Under the pieces are notes generated by a model. It saw only the letters and a program-made list of their open reading frames with translations, had not been told where the DNA came from and searched no databases. From the NCBI GenBank assembly GCA_050012255.1, contig JBEKHN010000004.1, positions 47,951 through 111,950 of the forward strand: a stretch of DNA of 64,000 bases, written 5' to 3'. Below, piece by piece: positions 9,082 to 19,731 of the stretch. Numbering within the stretch: the first letter of the stretch is position 1; the number at the start of each line of letters is the position of its first letter. The translations under genes and the position numbers were made by a program. This stretch comes from Candidatus Bathyarchaeia archaeon (GTDB lineage Archaea; Thermoproteota; Bathyarchaeia; Bathyarchaeales; Bathycorpusculaceae).

Positions 9082-10812
9082 TCAGGTTTTCTCGAGTTTC
9101 TTCTTTTCTTCTTCTTGAAGCACTCTTCTGAGCACTTTGCCAACGAGGGTCATGGGCAGCTCGGTTCTGAATTCAACCTCCCTGACAGCCTTGTATGGTG
9201 CTACCTTGCTGTTGACGAACTCCTTGATTTCCTCTGCTGTTGCTGTTTTTCCTTCTTTAAGCACGACGAAGGCTTTCGGGATTTCTCCTGCCACAGGGTC
9301 GAGCTTACCTATAACTGCGCAGAGCTTCACGGCCGGATGTTCATAGATGACGTCTTCAACCTCTCTCGGGTAAACGCTGTAGCCCTTATACTTGATCAGG
9401 TCTTTCTTGCGGTCCGTGATGTAGAAGTAGCCGTCTTCGTCCATCTTACCTATGTCGCCCGTGTAGAGCCATCCGTTTCGAAGGACAGCGGCAGTTTCTT
9501 CAGCCATTTTCCAGTAACCCTTCATCACCTGCGGACCCTTAACCACCACTTCCCCTGTCTCGCCCGTCGTAAGCTCCTTTTCTCCAGTTTCCATGTCCAT
9601 GACCTTCGCGTCTGTATCAGGCCACGGCAAGCCTATAGAACCTACCTTAACAGTTTTCAATGACTTGTCAAGGGGGTTGCAGTGGGTGACGGGTGACGAT
9701 TCTGTAAGTCCATAACCTTCCACTAGAACGCCTCCCGTCGCTTCCATCCAATTCTTCTGAACCTCAGGCGGAAGAGGAGCTGAACCCGAAATACAGAAAC
9801 GAACTGACCTCAAGTCATACCTCTTACAGTCTGGATGGGCAAGCAGCATCGAGTACATCGTCGGTGCCCCGCAGAAGACAGTGACCTTGTGCCTCTGGAT
9901 TGCCTGAAACGTGCTTACTGCGTCAAAGCGCGGTACCATGACCATCTCTCCAGCCAAATAGATCGGAGCGTTCATGCCCGTTGTCATTCCGTAGATGTGA
10001 AAAAGAGGCAACACGGTCAGGAACGTTTCCCCGCCTCTTGCTCCCCTGAGCCACTCAGCGCAGCAGACAGCGTTCGAGACAAGGTTCATGTGAGTCAACA
10101 TTGCTCCCTTTGCGATGCCAGTGGTTCCGCCAGTGTACTGAAGAGCTACGATGTCTTCATTCGGATTGATGTCGACTTTCGGCGGGTTTGCTTCACACTT
10201 GCTCAACAATTCTTGGAAGAAGTAAACATTAGGTCCACGTGTAACCTTGTGTGAAGGAATCTTCTTCAGCAGCGAACCCAGAAAAGCCGTGACTGCAGGC
10301 ATGTACTCTTTTAAACCCGTTGCAATCACCCTTTTGACCTTGGTGCTTGCCAAAACCTTTTCCAAGATTGGGTAAAGCGCGTCCAAGACAACAACTGTTT
10401 CTGCTTCAGAATCGTTCAGCTGATGCGCCACTTCTCGCTCTCGGTATAACGGGCTTATGGCGGTCTCGATAGCCCCTATTTTTGTGATGCCGTAATAAGA
10501 GATGACGAATTGAGGTATGTTTGGCAGGAAAATGGCGACCTTGTCGCCCTTCTTAACGCTCAAACCGTCCAGCGCAGTTGCAAACCTGTCTGAAAGATTA
10601 TTGAGCTCTCGGTAGGTCATCACTTTGTTGAAGTAAACTATGGCAGTGTGCTCAGGGAATTTCTCAGCTGTTTCTTCAAGCAGGCCGTGAAGCGGAACTT
10701 CGGGAAAGTCTATGTGCCTCCGAACTCCTTCGGGCCAAAACTTGAACCACGGCTTCTCAGACGGTTCCTCAGTGAATGATCGTTCTTTGATCTTCCTCTT
10801 CTTTGCCGACAT
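9082..10812 (-). CDS. AMP-dependent acyl-CoA synthetase (long/medium-chain fatty acid-CoA ligase)
   Basis: 576 aa with the AMP-binding motif 'LQYTGGTTGIAKGAMLTH' plus 'GYGLTE', 'YTGDIG' and 'DRKKDLIKYKGYSVYP'. Confidence 0.85.
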   Translation of the reverse strand: MSAKKRKIKERSFTEEPSEKPWFKFWPEGVRRHIDFPEVPLHGLLEETAEKFPEHTAIVYFNKVMTYRELNNLSDRFATALDGLSVKKGDKVAIFLPNIPQFVISYYGITKIGAIETAISPLYREREVAHQLNDSEAETVVVLDALYPILEKVLASTKVKRVIATGLKEYMPAVTAFLGSLLKKIPSHKVTRGPNVYFFQELLSKCEANPPKVDINPNEDIVALQYTGGTTGIAKGAMLTHMNLVSNAVCCAEWLRGARGGETFLTVLPLFHIYGMTTGMNAPIYLAGEMVMVPRFDAVSTFQAIQRHKVTVFCGAPTMYSMLLAHPDCKRYDLRSVRFCISGSAPLPPEVQKNWMEATGGVLVEGYGLTESSPVTHCNPLDKSLKTVKVGSIGLPWPDTDAKVMDMETGEKELTTGETGEVVVKGPQVMKGYWKMAEETAAVLRNGWLYTGDIGKMDEDGYFYITDRKKDLIKYKGYSVYPREVEDVIYEHPAVKLCAVIGKLDPVAGEIPKAFVVLKEGKTATAEEIKEFVNSKVAPYKAVREVEFRTELPMTLVGKVLRRVLQEEEKKKLEKT

Positions 10813-10947
10813 AGTCAGCCCTATTCTTGAATATTCGCTGCGTCAGGAAGTAATAACGCTTTCCACGAATAGTTTAACGTCGCGACACGTTTTCTCTACC
10901 AATTTCATTTCCTGAAAAACCGCACGTATAAGGCTTGAGCCATTCTG

Positions 10948-11406
10948 TTATCTACGGGCAGAAATGGCTTTAGCAATCAAGCCTGCGAAAAGTATGGGAA
11001 GACCAATCCCTATTAAATCGAAACTGAGCCAAGCATACGGCCTGTATGTATTGACTTCCTGATAAGGTATCAGCTTTCCACCTGGACCCCTTTGATATAC
11101 GGTGACAACGCTTGCCACTGCTTGAAACTCAATAACCGCGAAGGAGAGAGCCAAAAAAGCAACGCAGACGCAAATCAATATTGTCCCTAGGCCGTTCAGC
11201 GAGAGTAGCTTTAAGGAGAAAAGTCCGACGCGAGCAAAAAAGCCAAAGATGAACAAAACAATTCCGAAGAAAAAAGCGACCACAGACACGAGTGAACCGA
11301 AATTCTCGACATAAAACAGTCCTACAACCAAGAGCACTATGCCTGAAAAAATCATGAGGTTTCCAGAGTACTCCTGCAAGTATTCTTTTAACACGTCTAT
11401 TGCCAT
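10948..11406 (-). CDS. hypothetical membrane protein (about 4 TM)
   Basis: 152-aa ORF with four long hydrophobic segments. No catalytic motif. Confidence 0.5.
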   Translation of the reverse strand: MAIDVLKEYLQEYSGNLMIFSGIVLLVVGLFYVENFGSLVSVVAFFFGIVLFIFGFFARVGLFSLKLLSLNGLGTILICVCVAFLALSFAVIEFQAVASVVTVYQRGPGGKLIPYQEVNTYRPYAWLSFDLIGIGLPILFAGLIAKAISARR

Positions 11407-11770
11407 TCATTTCGCCTTGAGTGCCATGCCAGCAAGCCTAATCAGATCTCAACCTTAACAGAAAAGTCACACTCTTTACATTTAAGCGCAACGGTCGTTA
11501 CCTCGGGCCAAGGGATTTGGCATGTTCCTCAAGCGCGCGCTGTCTCTATCTCCAAGGTTCTTCGGCAGGGTTGCCCTACACGCACCTCTGTTAATAGTGA
11601 AGAATGTCTCTCGTCTCCTTTTGCTTTGTGCGTCTTATGTTAGAAACGTCGGCCAAAGCCAAACTTTGAGATCGCTCAAACCGTGTGCAAGGATAAGCAT
11701 GGAAAAGGAAAAAAGGGGAAGATGCGCGAAATATCTAGGCTCAGCGAACAATCCTGCGGAGGGAAAGTCT

Positions 11771-12607
11771 ATGCAAACCGAGCAAGTGTCAATACTGTGT
11801 GAAAACGCGAGGCTGTACGCTCAATTGCACATTCCTGACATTGTTCCAGCCCCGGCTGTACTTGTTTGCCACTTCATGGATGCCCGAGGCTATCACGGGC
11901 TAGGGATCTACACTCGTCTGGCTGAGGTTGCCTGTCAAGCCGGGTTTGTGTCTTTGACTTTCGATTTTCGCGGAGTCGGGAAAAGCACTGGGCAGTTTGA
12001 TTACGGTTTGGGAGAGCAGCAGGACGTGAAATGCGCTTTGAGTTATCTGACCTCGAAAAAAGAAGTTTTACCTAACAGCATCTTTGTCGTTGGACACAGC
12101 CTAGGCGCGGCAGTGTCGCTCTACGCTGTTCAGAACGATGCGCGAATCAAGGGCCTCGTGTTGTGGTCTCCGCCTAAGAACCACGATTACAACGTTAAGA
12201 AGTTCATAAGACGCACAAGGGGCAGAATGGGCCTTTACGCGTTTCTTCTCTTCTCCCAGCTTGACCGAGTTTTCAACGTTTCACGAGTGTTCAAAATGGA
12301 AGTCTTCGGAATAGATCTACGTTTGAGAGATGTCCGTGGAAAACTCATGAAACTAGACGAGTGTAAGGTGATTCAGAAGCTGAAGAATTTGCCCGTGCTG
12401 ATAGTCATTGGCGATGCGGATGACATTCACGGTCTAGATGAAGCTCAGGAGGTTTATTCATGTGCGCATGATTCTAAGACCCTCTTGGTGATAAAAGGGG
12501 CGAATCACGGTTATGAAGGTAAAGAGGATGAATTGGTAGCCAAGACAATGGAATGGATAAGAAACGTGGAAGCTGGAAGTCTCAAGTGCAACGGTTATCT
12601 CGGTTGA
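11771..12607 (+). CDS. alpha/beta hydrolase (esterase/lipase-like)
   Basis: Nucleophile elbow 'VVGHSLGA', a late 'GDADD' and 'ANHGY' (Asp/His candidates). Start chosen at ATG 11771 ('MQTEQ'), preceded by 'GGAGGG'. The 83 upstream codons of the track ORF look non-coding. Confidence 0.7.
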   Translation: MQTEQVSILCENARLYAQLHIPDIVPAPAVLVCHFMDARGYHGLGIYTRLAEVACQAGFVSLTFDFRGVGKSTGQFDYGLGEQQDVKCALSYLTSKKEVLPNSIFVVGHSLGAAVSLYAVQNDARIKGLVLWSPPKNHDYNVKKFIRRTRGRMGLYAFLLFSQLDRVFNVSRVFKMEVFGIDLRLRDVRGKLMKLDECKVIQKLKNLPVLIVIGDADDIHGLDEAQEVYSCAHDSKTLLVIKGANHGYEGKEDELVAKTMEWIRNVEAGSLKCNGYLG

Positions 12608-13041
12608 AGAGGCACAAACTCGTAGGTTAGGTTTCCTTCAGTTGTGACTTTGGCCACTAGCTTTGCTCTCATGCCAACTTTTACTTCTGAAAGCTTGAAT
12701 CCCGTTAGCCATGCAAGCACCTTCACACCTTCCTTCAACCTTCCGATAGCGACGGTGTACGGCTTGTTTTGCTGGAAAGTGGTCGGCCTTACGACTACAT
12801 GTGTGAATGTTTCAATTTCTGCCTCGCTGCTAAGCTCAACCCACTCAAGACCCGTGGATAAGCATTCAGCGCAGTCAACGTTTGGCGGGAAATAGATTTT
12901 TCCGCAGCCTTTGCATCTGGTCGCGTAGACTTTTCCCTCTCTTAGGCCTTCGTAAAACTTCAGATTCTTACTTATCGGTATCTCCTGAACAATCTTTATT
13001 TCCCTTGATTTTATCGATGGCATCGAGGGCATTCTATTCAC
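12595..13041 (-). CDS. DUF35 OB-fold/Zn-ribbon protein (thiolase partner)
   Basis: Zn-ribbon 'CKGCGKIYFPPNVDCAEC' followed by an OB-fold region. The GTG start overlaps the thiolase stop (GTGA at 13038-13041). Confidence 0.8.
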   Translation of the reverse strand: MNRMPSMPSIKSREIKIVQEIPISKNLKFYEGLREGKVYATRCKGCGKIYFPPNVDCAECLSTGLEWVELSSEAEIETFTHVVVRPTTFQQNKPYTVAIGRLKEGVKVLAWLTGFKLSEVKVGMRAKLVAKVTTEGNLTYEFVPLQPR

Positions 13042-14216
13042 CTCCGCAGGATAGTCACGTAGCAGTAGTGTCCAGTTCCGCCTACGTTGTGTGCGAGACC
13101 GATGTTGTTTTTCAGCGGCACCTGCCTGCCTTTTTCAGCCTCTCCCCTCAACTGTTTTGTAAGCTCGTACATCATTGAACAACCTGTTGTGCCGATGGGA
13201 TGACCTTTAGATTTCAGCCCGCCGTCCATGTTCACAGGGATTTTTCCGCCGATTTCGGTCTGTCCCTCTCGCAGAAGCTTTACTCCTTCACCTTTTGCAC
13301 AGAATCCAACGTCCTCATATGCCATGATTTCTGCAATGGTGAAACAGTCGTGCACTTCCGCGAAGTCAACCTCGCTTGGTGTTATACCTGCGGCTTTGTA
13401 AGCTCTTTGTGAAGCTAGTGCACTTGCTTCTAAACCGACAAAGTTTGATCGTTTGCTGAGGTTTGCGGTTCCTGAAGAATAGCCGATTCCGGCGATCCAT
13501 ATTGGCGTGTCAACTTTCAGTTCTTTGACTTTTTCTTCAGATGCGAGAACAAGCGCTGCCGCCCCATCTGTCAAGGGGCAACAGTCGAAGAGCTTTAGGG
13601 GTGAAGCGATAACCATTGAGTTGAGAACGTCGTCAACTGTAATTTTGTTTCGAAGGTGGGCAATTGGGTTCATAGAACCGTATTTGTGGTTTTTCACGGC
13701 TACAAGCGCCAGGTCTTCTTCGGTTGTTCCGTACTTGGCCATGTGAGCGTTTGCGTACAATGCATAGTAGGCTGGGAAGGTTACTCCGAAGTTATGAAAC
13801 TCCCAGAGATAATAGCCTGCTCGACCTATCCATTCCATGGCTGTTGCGGAGTCGATTTCCCTCATCTTCTCGACGCCCATTGCCATGGCTATGTCTGCGT
13901 GACCACTGGCAATGGCTGAATATGCCGTGAAGAAAGCTGCGCTACCGCTTGCACATGCTGCTTCACATCGCACGAGCCCTGTCTTTGTCATCCCACAGTA
14001 TTCTGAAACAACCACTGCTGGAAGCAGCTCTTCATACCAAGCTCCTGCCCCAACAGACCCAAGAGCGACAAACTGAATGTCACTCGCAGCTAAGCCTGCG
14101 TCTTCAAGAGACGGTCTTACAGCTTCAAAAGCAAGCTCAGAAATGGTCACATCGTTTCTTGCTCCAAACTTTGAGTTGCCAATTCCTATCACTGCCACAT
14201 TTTTCACGCCAAACAC
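13038..14216 (-). CDS. thiolase (SCP-x/archaeal acetyl-CoA C-acyltransferase type)
   Basis: 392 aa. Active-site Cys context 'VRCEAACASGSAAF', C-terminal 'HDCFTIAE' and 'GHPIGTTGCSM...NVGGTG'. Confidence 0.85.
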   Translation of the reverse strand: MFGVKNVAVIGIGNSKFGARNDVTISELAFEAVRPSLEDAGLAASDIQFVALGSVGAGAWYEELLPAVVVSEYCGMTKTGLVRCEAACASGSAAFFTAYSAIASGHADIAMAMGVEKMREIDSATAMEWIGRAGYYLWEFHNFGVTFPAYYALYANAHMAKYGTTEEDLALVAVKNHKYGSMNPIAHLRNKITVDDVLNSMVIASPLKLFDCCPLTDGAAALVLASEEKVKELKVDTPIWIAGIGYSSGTANLSKRSNFVGLEASALASQRAYKAAGITPSEVDFAEVHDCFTIAEIMAYEDVGFCAKGEGVKLLREGQTEIGGKIPVNMDGGLKSKGHPIGTTGCSMMYELTKQLRGEAEKGRQVPLKNNIGLAHNVGGTGHYCYVTILRR

Positions 14217-14271
14217 ACCCTTCTAGTTAACTTAAGATGCACAAAAAAGTGAAAGAAAGAGGATGTTAAAG

Positions 14272-15066
14272 CTATTTGCCTTTAAACTCGGCCTTTCGCT
14301 TGGAGAAGAAAGCTTCTACGCCTTCTTTGAGGTCTTCTGTTGAGCATGACAGCGCAAAGAGTGCTGCTTCCAGCCGCAACCCAACTTCCAAAGGCACCTG
14401 TGTTCCAAAGTTCATTGCGTGCTTCACATATTTCATGGCTATCGGGGGTCTTTCAGCAAGCTCCTTAGCGATTGTCCTGACCTCGTCTTTAAGCTTCTCG
14501 TAGTGGACAACCTTGTGCACTAGACCTATTCTCAGTGCTTCATCGGCTTTGATCCTGTTTCCAAGCATCACCATTTCCTTAGCCCTCGCTAGACCCACTA
14601 TCCTGACGAGTCTCTGCGTTCCACCCCATCCTGGGATCAAGCCCAGCCTGATCTCTGTATTTCCAAGCTCGACATGTTCGGCCGCTATCCTGAGGTCGCA
14701 CGCCATTGCAAGTTCGAGGCCACCGCCAAGAGCGTAACCGTTTATAGCAGCGATGACTGGTTTGGACATTTCTTCAACCTTTCCAAAAGTCTCCTGCCCT
14801 TTCCTCGCAGCTTCTTCGGCGTAGACAGGAGTTCCTTTCATCATAGTTAAGTCTGCGCCCGCACTGAAGGCGCGGTCGCCTTCGCCCGTTATCACAACGC
14901 ATTTGATGCTTGGGTCGCTTTCTGCAGTGTTGAGCATGTCCAGAAGCTCTTCGATCATGACAGCGTTGAAAGCGTTGAGGCGTTGAGGTCTATTCAGTAT
15001 GATCCACAGTGTGCCTTCTTCCCTTTCTATTTTGAGGGTCTCGTATGCTTTGCTCACACTTTTCAC
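14272..15066 (-). CDS. enoyl-CoA hydratase (crotonase family)
   Basis: 264 aa with 'RAFSAGADL', 'AAINGYALGGGLELAMACD' and 'LGLIPGWGGTQRL'. Confidence 0.9.
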   Translation of the reverse strand: MKSVSKAYETLKIEREEGTLWIILNRPQRLNAFNAVMIEELLDMLNTAESDPSIKCVVITGEGDRAFSAGADLTMMKGTPVYAEEAARKGQETFGKVEEMSKPVIAAINGYALGGGLELAMACDLRIAAEHVELGNTEIRLGLIPGWGGTQRLVRIVGLARAKEMVMLGNRIKADEALRIGLVHKVVHYEKLKDEVRTIAKELAERPPIAMKYVKHAMNFGTQVPLEVGLRLEAALFALSCSTEDLKEGVEAFFSKRKAEFKGK

Positions 15067-15116
15067 CTATTTCCTTGTTTGTTTCATCTGCATATATGAT
15101 TTTTTCACTTAGCCCT

Positions 15117-16271
15117 CTAATACTTGCTCAGAAGATACTTTAGCACCTGCAGCTTTTGAATCTCGCTTGTTCCCTCGTAAATTTCAGTTATCTTTGCGTC
15201 TCTATGGTATTTTTCAACGCGGTATTCACCGAAGTATCCGTAGCCTCCTAAGGTTTGGATTGCCGAGTTCGTAGCTTCCATTGCAACGTGGCTTGCGTAG
15301 TATTTCGCCATAGCTGTTGCCATAGCATCCAGTTTTCCTTCGTCAACCAAAGCTGCAGCCTTGTAGGTGAGTAACCTTGCAGCTTCGATCTTTGTTGCCA
15401 TCTCTGCTAACGTGACTCCTATTGCTTCGTGCTGCATTATCGGCATGCCGAAGGCTTCTCGCTGTTTAGCATACTTGAAGGCAATTTCCCATGCTCCCTG
15501 CGCCATGCCAACGGCTTGTGCAGCAACGCCTACTCTGGTCTTGTCGAAGAACTCCATAGAATAGTAGAATCCCTTGTTCAGTTCTCCTATTATGTTCCAG
15601 TCTGTCACTTTGACGTTGCTGAAGTTTAGCTCCCCAGTTATGGATGCTCTGATTCCCATCTTGTTGTGCAGTTTCGTGGCTTCAAGGCCGGGTGTTCCCT
15701 TGTCAACCACAAACAGTGTTTCGCCACGGTGTGTAGGTCTGATCTTAGTGTCTGTTTGGGTCAGAACGACTATGAAATCCGCAACCGTGGCGTTTGTGAT
15801 GAAGGTTTTCGGTCCGTTTATCCACCATTCGTTTCCATACTTGGTGGCTGTGGTTTCCATGTGGTTTATGTCGCTTCCGCTGACGTTTGGTTCAGTGAAC
15901 GCTGCAGCAGACATGAAGTCGCCTCTGCATATCGGGGGCAAATACGTCTCTTTCTGCTCTTTGCTTCCGTGAGTCATGATGAATTCGCTGCCAAAGTTTC
16001 CGCTTGAGATAGCAACGCCAAACGATGAGTCTCCGCGGCACATTTCCTCTATTGCTATGCAGGTTTCAAGTAGGCCGAAGCCTTGTCCACCGTATTCTTC
16101 TGGGAACATCATGCTCGTAAAACCCAGTTTGGCCGCTTGCTTGTACAGTTCCGTTGGGAACTCTTCTTTCTTATCGAGCTCCAAAGCTAATTCCGGTTTG
16201 AACTCTTTCTGGCAGAACTCTCGTACCGCGTTTTTGATGTGCAATTGTTCTTCTGTCAAATCAAACTTCAC
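15117..16271 (-). CDS. acyl-CoA dehydrogenase (paralogue 1)
   Basis: 384 aa with 'AAAFTEPNVGSD'-type motif ('AAAFTEPNVSGSD') and C-terminal 'QTLGGYGYFGEYRVEKYHRDAKITEIYEGTSEIQ'. The GTG start overlaps the upstream gene stop (GTGA). Confidence 0.9.
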   Translation of the reverse strand: MKFDLTEEQLHIKNAVREFCQKEFKPELALELDKKEEFPTELYKQAAKLGFTSMMFPEEYGGQGFGLLETCIAIEEMCRGDSSFGVAISSGNFGSEFIMTHGSKEQKETYLPPICRGDFMSAAAFTEPNVSGSDINHMETTATKYGNEWWINGPKTFITNATVADFIVVLTQTDTKIRPTHRGETLFVVDKGTPGLEATKLHNKMGIRASITGELNFSNVKVTDWNIIGELNKGFYYSMEFFDKTRVGVAAQAVGMAQGAWEIAFKYAKQREAFGMPIMQHEAIGVTLAEMATKIEAARLLTYKAAALVDEGKLDAMATAMAKYYASHVAMEATNSAIQTLGGYGYFGEYRVEKYHRDAKITEIYEGTSEIQKLQVLKYLLSKY

Positions 16272-17434
16272 TTGTAGAACCCCCTTCCAACTTTCTTCCC
16301 AGCCCAGCCTTTGCCCACGTACTCTTCAAGAAGTGGACACGGCCTGTACATTTCCATGTTGTACTTGCCCTGAAGCTCTTTAAGCTTGTTGACAACTGTG
16401 TCTAGACCAATACGGTCTGCGTATTCACATGGACCTGAAGGCCAGAACGTGCCCAGCTTCATTCCAGCGTCTATGTCTTCTGGGTTGGCAGCATCATCGT
16501 GAATGATCCATGCGGCCTCGTTTGCAGCAACTGCCCATGACCTTTCCACGTCATATTCGTCCAACAGGTTGAAGGGTATTCTCGGTCGGCCCTTCGTCCA
16601 GTCGTAGAATCCTACGCCCGTTTTCTGGCCGAACTTCTTTTCCTTTATGAGGGGGTCGACGACTTCTGAGCATGGCTTGAAGCGTTCGCCGTAGGCCTCG
16701 TACAGGATGTTGCCGACTTCATAGGCTATGTCTAGACCGACAAAGTCTGCCAGTTCAAACCATCCCATTGGAAAGCCGCCTGTATACTTGACCGAAGAGT
16801 CTATTCCTTCCTTGGTTGCTTCTCCCTGCTTGTAGGCCCAGAACGCCTCGTTAAACACGGCTCCAAGCACACGGTTCACTATAAAGCCTCGCACGTCCTT
16901 TCTCACCACTATCGGAGTTTTTCCGAGTTTCTTTGCGAGTTCGGAAAGCGTTGTAATCGTTTCCTGGCTTGTGTTTTCTCCTTTGATGACTTCGATCAGC
17001 GTCATCATCATTGGTGGATTAAAGAAGTGCATTCCTGCAACTTTGTCCGGGCGCTTGGTTGCCTTGCCCATTTCTGTTATGCTCAGTGTTGACGTGTTGG
17101 AGGCGAGTATTGCATGGGCAGGTGCTGTTGAGTCTAGTGTGGCAAAGACTTTCTTCTTCAGGTCCATTTGTTCTGGCACTGCTTCGATGGCCATGTCTAT
17201 GTCCTTGGCGGCTTGTTCATAACTGGTCGTCGTTCTTATTCTTGCCAGCGCAGCGTCAGCGTCTTCTCGTCTTATTCTTTTCTTTTCAACGAATTTGTCC
17301 AAGCTCCACTTGATTTTTTCCTTGCCTTTCTGGAGAAGGTCATCGCTTACGTCGACCATTGTTACTTCATATCCCGTCATTGCAAGCGCTTCGGCGATGC
17401 CGTGGCCCATTGCTCCGGAGCCTATAATTGCCAT
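16268..17434 (-). CDS. 3-hydroxyacyl-CoA dehydrogenase
   Basis: Rossmann N-terminus 'MAIIGSGAMGHGIAE', 'SNTSTLSITE' and 'HFFNPPMMM'. The C-terminal 3HCDH domain is duplicated. Alternative TTG starts extend up to 17473. Confidence 0.85.
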   Translation of the reverse strand: MAIIGSGAMGHGIAEALAMTGYEVTMVDVSDDLLQKGKEKIKWSLDKFVEKKRIRREDADAALARIRTTTSYEQAAKDIDMAIEAVPEQMDLKKKVFATLDSTAPAHAILASNTSTLSITEMGKATKRPDKVAGMHFFNPPMMMTLIEVIKGENTSQETITTLSELAKKLGKTPIVVRKDVRGFIVNRVLGAVFNEAFWAYKQGEATKEGIDSSVKYTGGFPMGWFELADFVGLDIAYEVGNILYEAYGERFKPCSEVVDPLIKEKKFGQKTGVGFYDWTKGRPRIPFNLLDEYDVERSWAVAANEAAWIIHDDAANPEDIDAGMKLGTFWPSGPCEYADRIGLDTVVNKLKELQGKYNMEMYRPCPLLEEYVGKGWAGKKVGRGFYK

Positions 17435-17562
17435 TTTTTTCAGTTTCTCACCTGCCAAAATGATCCCTCCCAACGTTTAATGAATTGCTTGAAGAACGCT
17501 AATAAAACTTTTGAACGTATGATCCATGTTAGAAAAACGAATAAGAAGGACGGTAGACTTTA

Positions 17563-18717
17563 CTATTGTTGCTTCATCAAATAGTTCGTTATCGTGTACT
17601 TCTGCATTTCACTTGTTCCTTCGTAGATCTCGGTTATCTTGGCACATCTGTGGTAGCGTTCGACGTGATAGTCGGCTAAGTAGCCGTAGCCCCCGAAGAT
17701 CTGGATCGCGTCGTCTGTGACTTCCATAGCGGCCCTGCTTGCATACGCTTTGGCCATTGAGGTTGCCACAGCGTTCGGTTTCTCTTTGTCGTAGAGCCAG
17801 GCTGCCTTGTACATCATCAGCCGGGCTGACTCTATCTTTATCGCCATCTCAGCAAGTCTGAAGCCTATTCCTTGGAAGTTGATTATTGGTTGACCGAACT
17901 GTTTTCTCGTTTTCGCGTAATTTAGGGCCCGTTCGAATGCGCCTTGTGCCATGCCGACTGCTTGGGCGGCTACGGCGATTCTGGTTCCGTCGAAAAGTTC
18001 AAGAGTGTAGTAGAAGCCCTTGCACAGTTCTCCTACGACGTTAGCTTCTGGAACCTTTAAGTCAGCCATGGAAAGCGAACCAGTGACGCATGGTTTGATG
18101 CCCATCTTGCCGTGCAGCTTCGTTGCCTCCAGGCCACACATCCCTTTTTCCGCCAGGAACAGGCTTTGTCCTCTGTGGGAGGGTTGCACGTTGGGATCTG
18201 ACTGGCACAGTATTATGAAAGTGTCGGCTGTTGTGGCGTTCGTTATGAACTCCTTCGCACCGTTTATTGTCCACTCGCTGCCTGTCTTCACAGCGGTTGA
18301 ATCCATGCGGGTAATGTCACTGCCATGTTCGGGTTCTGTGAAGGCCGCTGCAGCTATGTGCTCACCTGTTGCCAAGGGCGGGATGTATTTCTTCTTTTGC
18401 TCTTCATTCCCGTGTTTCAGCAGCACGTCCGGGATCATTAGGTTTCCAAGCGAGACAGCAACTCCGAGGCCGGGATCTGCACGGCACATCTCCTCAACAA
18501 CAAGGCAATCTTCGAAAACTCCGTACCCCTGTCCACAATATTCTTGGGGTATTCGCATGCTAGTGAAACCGAGCTGCGCAGCCTTCTTATAGAGGGCCAT
18601 TGGGAACTCTTCTTTCTGGTCCAACTCCAATGCAAGTTCCGGAGTGAGCTCCTTCGCACAGAATTCTCGGACAGCCTTCACAATTTCCTTTTGCTCATCG
18701 TTCAATTTGAAGTCCAT
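17563..18717 (-). CDS. acyl-CoA dehydrogenase (paralogue 2)
   Basis: 384 aa, colinear with paralogue 1 ('AAAFTEPEHGSD', 'QIFGGYGYLADYHVERYHRCAKITEIYEGTSEMQ'). Confidence 0.9.
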   Translation of the reverse strand: MDFKLNDEQKEIVKAVREFCAKELTPELALELDQKEEFPMALYKKAAQLGFTSMRIPQEYCGQGYGVFEDCLVVEEMCRADPGLGVAVSLGNLMIPDVLLKHGNEEQKKKYIPPLATGEHIAAAAFTEPEHGSDITRMDSTAVKTGSEWTINGAKEFITNATTADTFIILCQSDPNVQPSHRGQSLFLAEKGMCGLEATKLHGKMGIKPCVTGSLSMADLKVPEANVVGELCKGFYYTLELFDGTRIAVAAQAVGMAQGAFERALNYAKTRKQFGQPIINFQGIGFRLAEMAIKIESARLMMYKAAWLYDKEKPNAVATSMAKAYASRAAMEVTDDAIQIFGGYGYLADYHVERYHRCAKITEIYEGTSEMQKYTITNYLMKQQ

Positions 18718-18734
18718 AATCCTCTTTCTCCCGT

Positions 18735-19730
18735 TTAGGAGCTTGTTTTCTTTGTTTGAAGCTCATATACTTTGCTTTTCAATGCAGGTACCACTTTGAA
18801 GAGGTCGTCGACAATGCCGTAGTCCGAGAAGCTGAAGATGGGTGCTTTGGGGTCCTTGTTTATGGCTATGATGAGGTCTGAGCTTTTCATCCCCAGGACA
18901 TGTTGGAAGGCGCCGCTTATGCCCACGGCGATGTAGAGCTTGGGCTTCACAGTTTTTCCAGATGTGCCGACTTGGCGGTCGGTAGGCAGCCAGCCCTTGT
19001 CTACGATTGGGCGAGAGCACGAGAGTACTGCACCTAGGGTTTTTGCAAGCTCTTCCATTATTGGCATGTTAGCCGCGTCCTTTATTCCCCGACCGATGCC
19101 GACCAGTTTGTCTGCAGCTGTGATGTCAACTCCGCCTGGAGGCGGCAAAACGTATTGCAGGAACCGTTTTTCTTGTATCTCTTCCGTGAGCGGAGAGGCA
19201 ATTTCCGTTATTCGTCCGTTTGCAGGAGGCATCGGTTTCTGGGGGGCGAAGGTTGCCTGACGGATGGTCGCGATGTAAGTTTCGGCCTTGCGGATGTTGG
19301 CTTGGACGTTCACCTTGCCGCCGTACATCTGTCTGGTAATTGTGAACGCTCCGCTTTCAAAAGCTATGTCTATGCAGTCTGTGGCCAGTGGCTGGTTCAA
19401 GCCAGTTGCGAGTCTTGGAGCTAGGTCCACGCCATATGAGGTGTGTCCCATTAGCAACAGCAAGGGCCTATGCGCGGTGATCAGGGTTGTGAGGATTTTC
19501 CTGTAAGCTTCAGAGTTGAAGTTCTCAAGCTTGGGATCTTCAATGAACAACACGTTCTTTGCGTATTCTGCCAGACTCTTGGCGTGTTCTTTTACGGTTT
19601 TTCCCAGCAGAACAGCGTTGAGCTCTGCACCAGTGTTTTCTGAGAGCTCTCTGGCTTTTGTGAGCATTTCGAAGGTTATGTCTCTCATCTGTCCCTGTCT
19701 GTGTTCGGCCAAAACGAAAATCTCTGTCAT
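18735..19730 (-). CDS. etfA: electron transfer flavoprotein alpha subunit
   Basis: 331 aa with the C-terminal FAD-binding signature 'PKLYIAVGISGAFQHVLGMKSSDLIIAINKDPKAPIF'. Confidence 0.88.
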   Translation of the reverse strand: MTEIFVLAEHRQGQMRDITFEMLTKARELSENTGAELNAVLLGKTVKEHAKSLAEYAKNVLFIEDPKLENFNSEAYRKILTTLITAHRPLLLLMGHTSYGVDLAPRLATGLNQPLATDCIDIAFESGAFTITRQMYGGKVNVQANIRKAETYIATIRQATFAPQKPMPPANGRITEIASPLTEEIQEKRFLQYVLPPPGGVDITAADKLVGIGRGIKDAANMPIMEELAKTLGAVLSCSRPIVDKGWLPTDRQVGTSGKTVKPKLYIAVGISGAFQHVLGMKSSDLIIAINKDPKAPIFSFSDYGIVDDLFKVVPALKSKVYELQTKKTSS

Positions 19731-19731
19731 G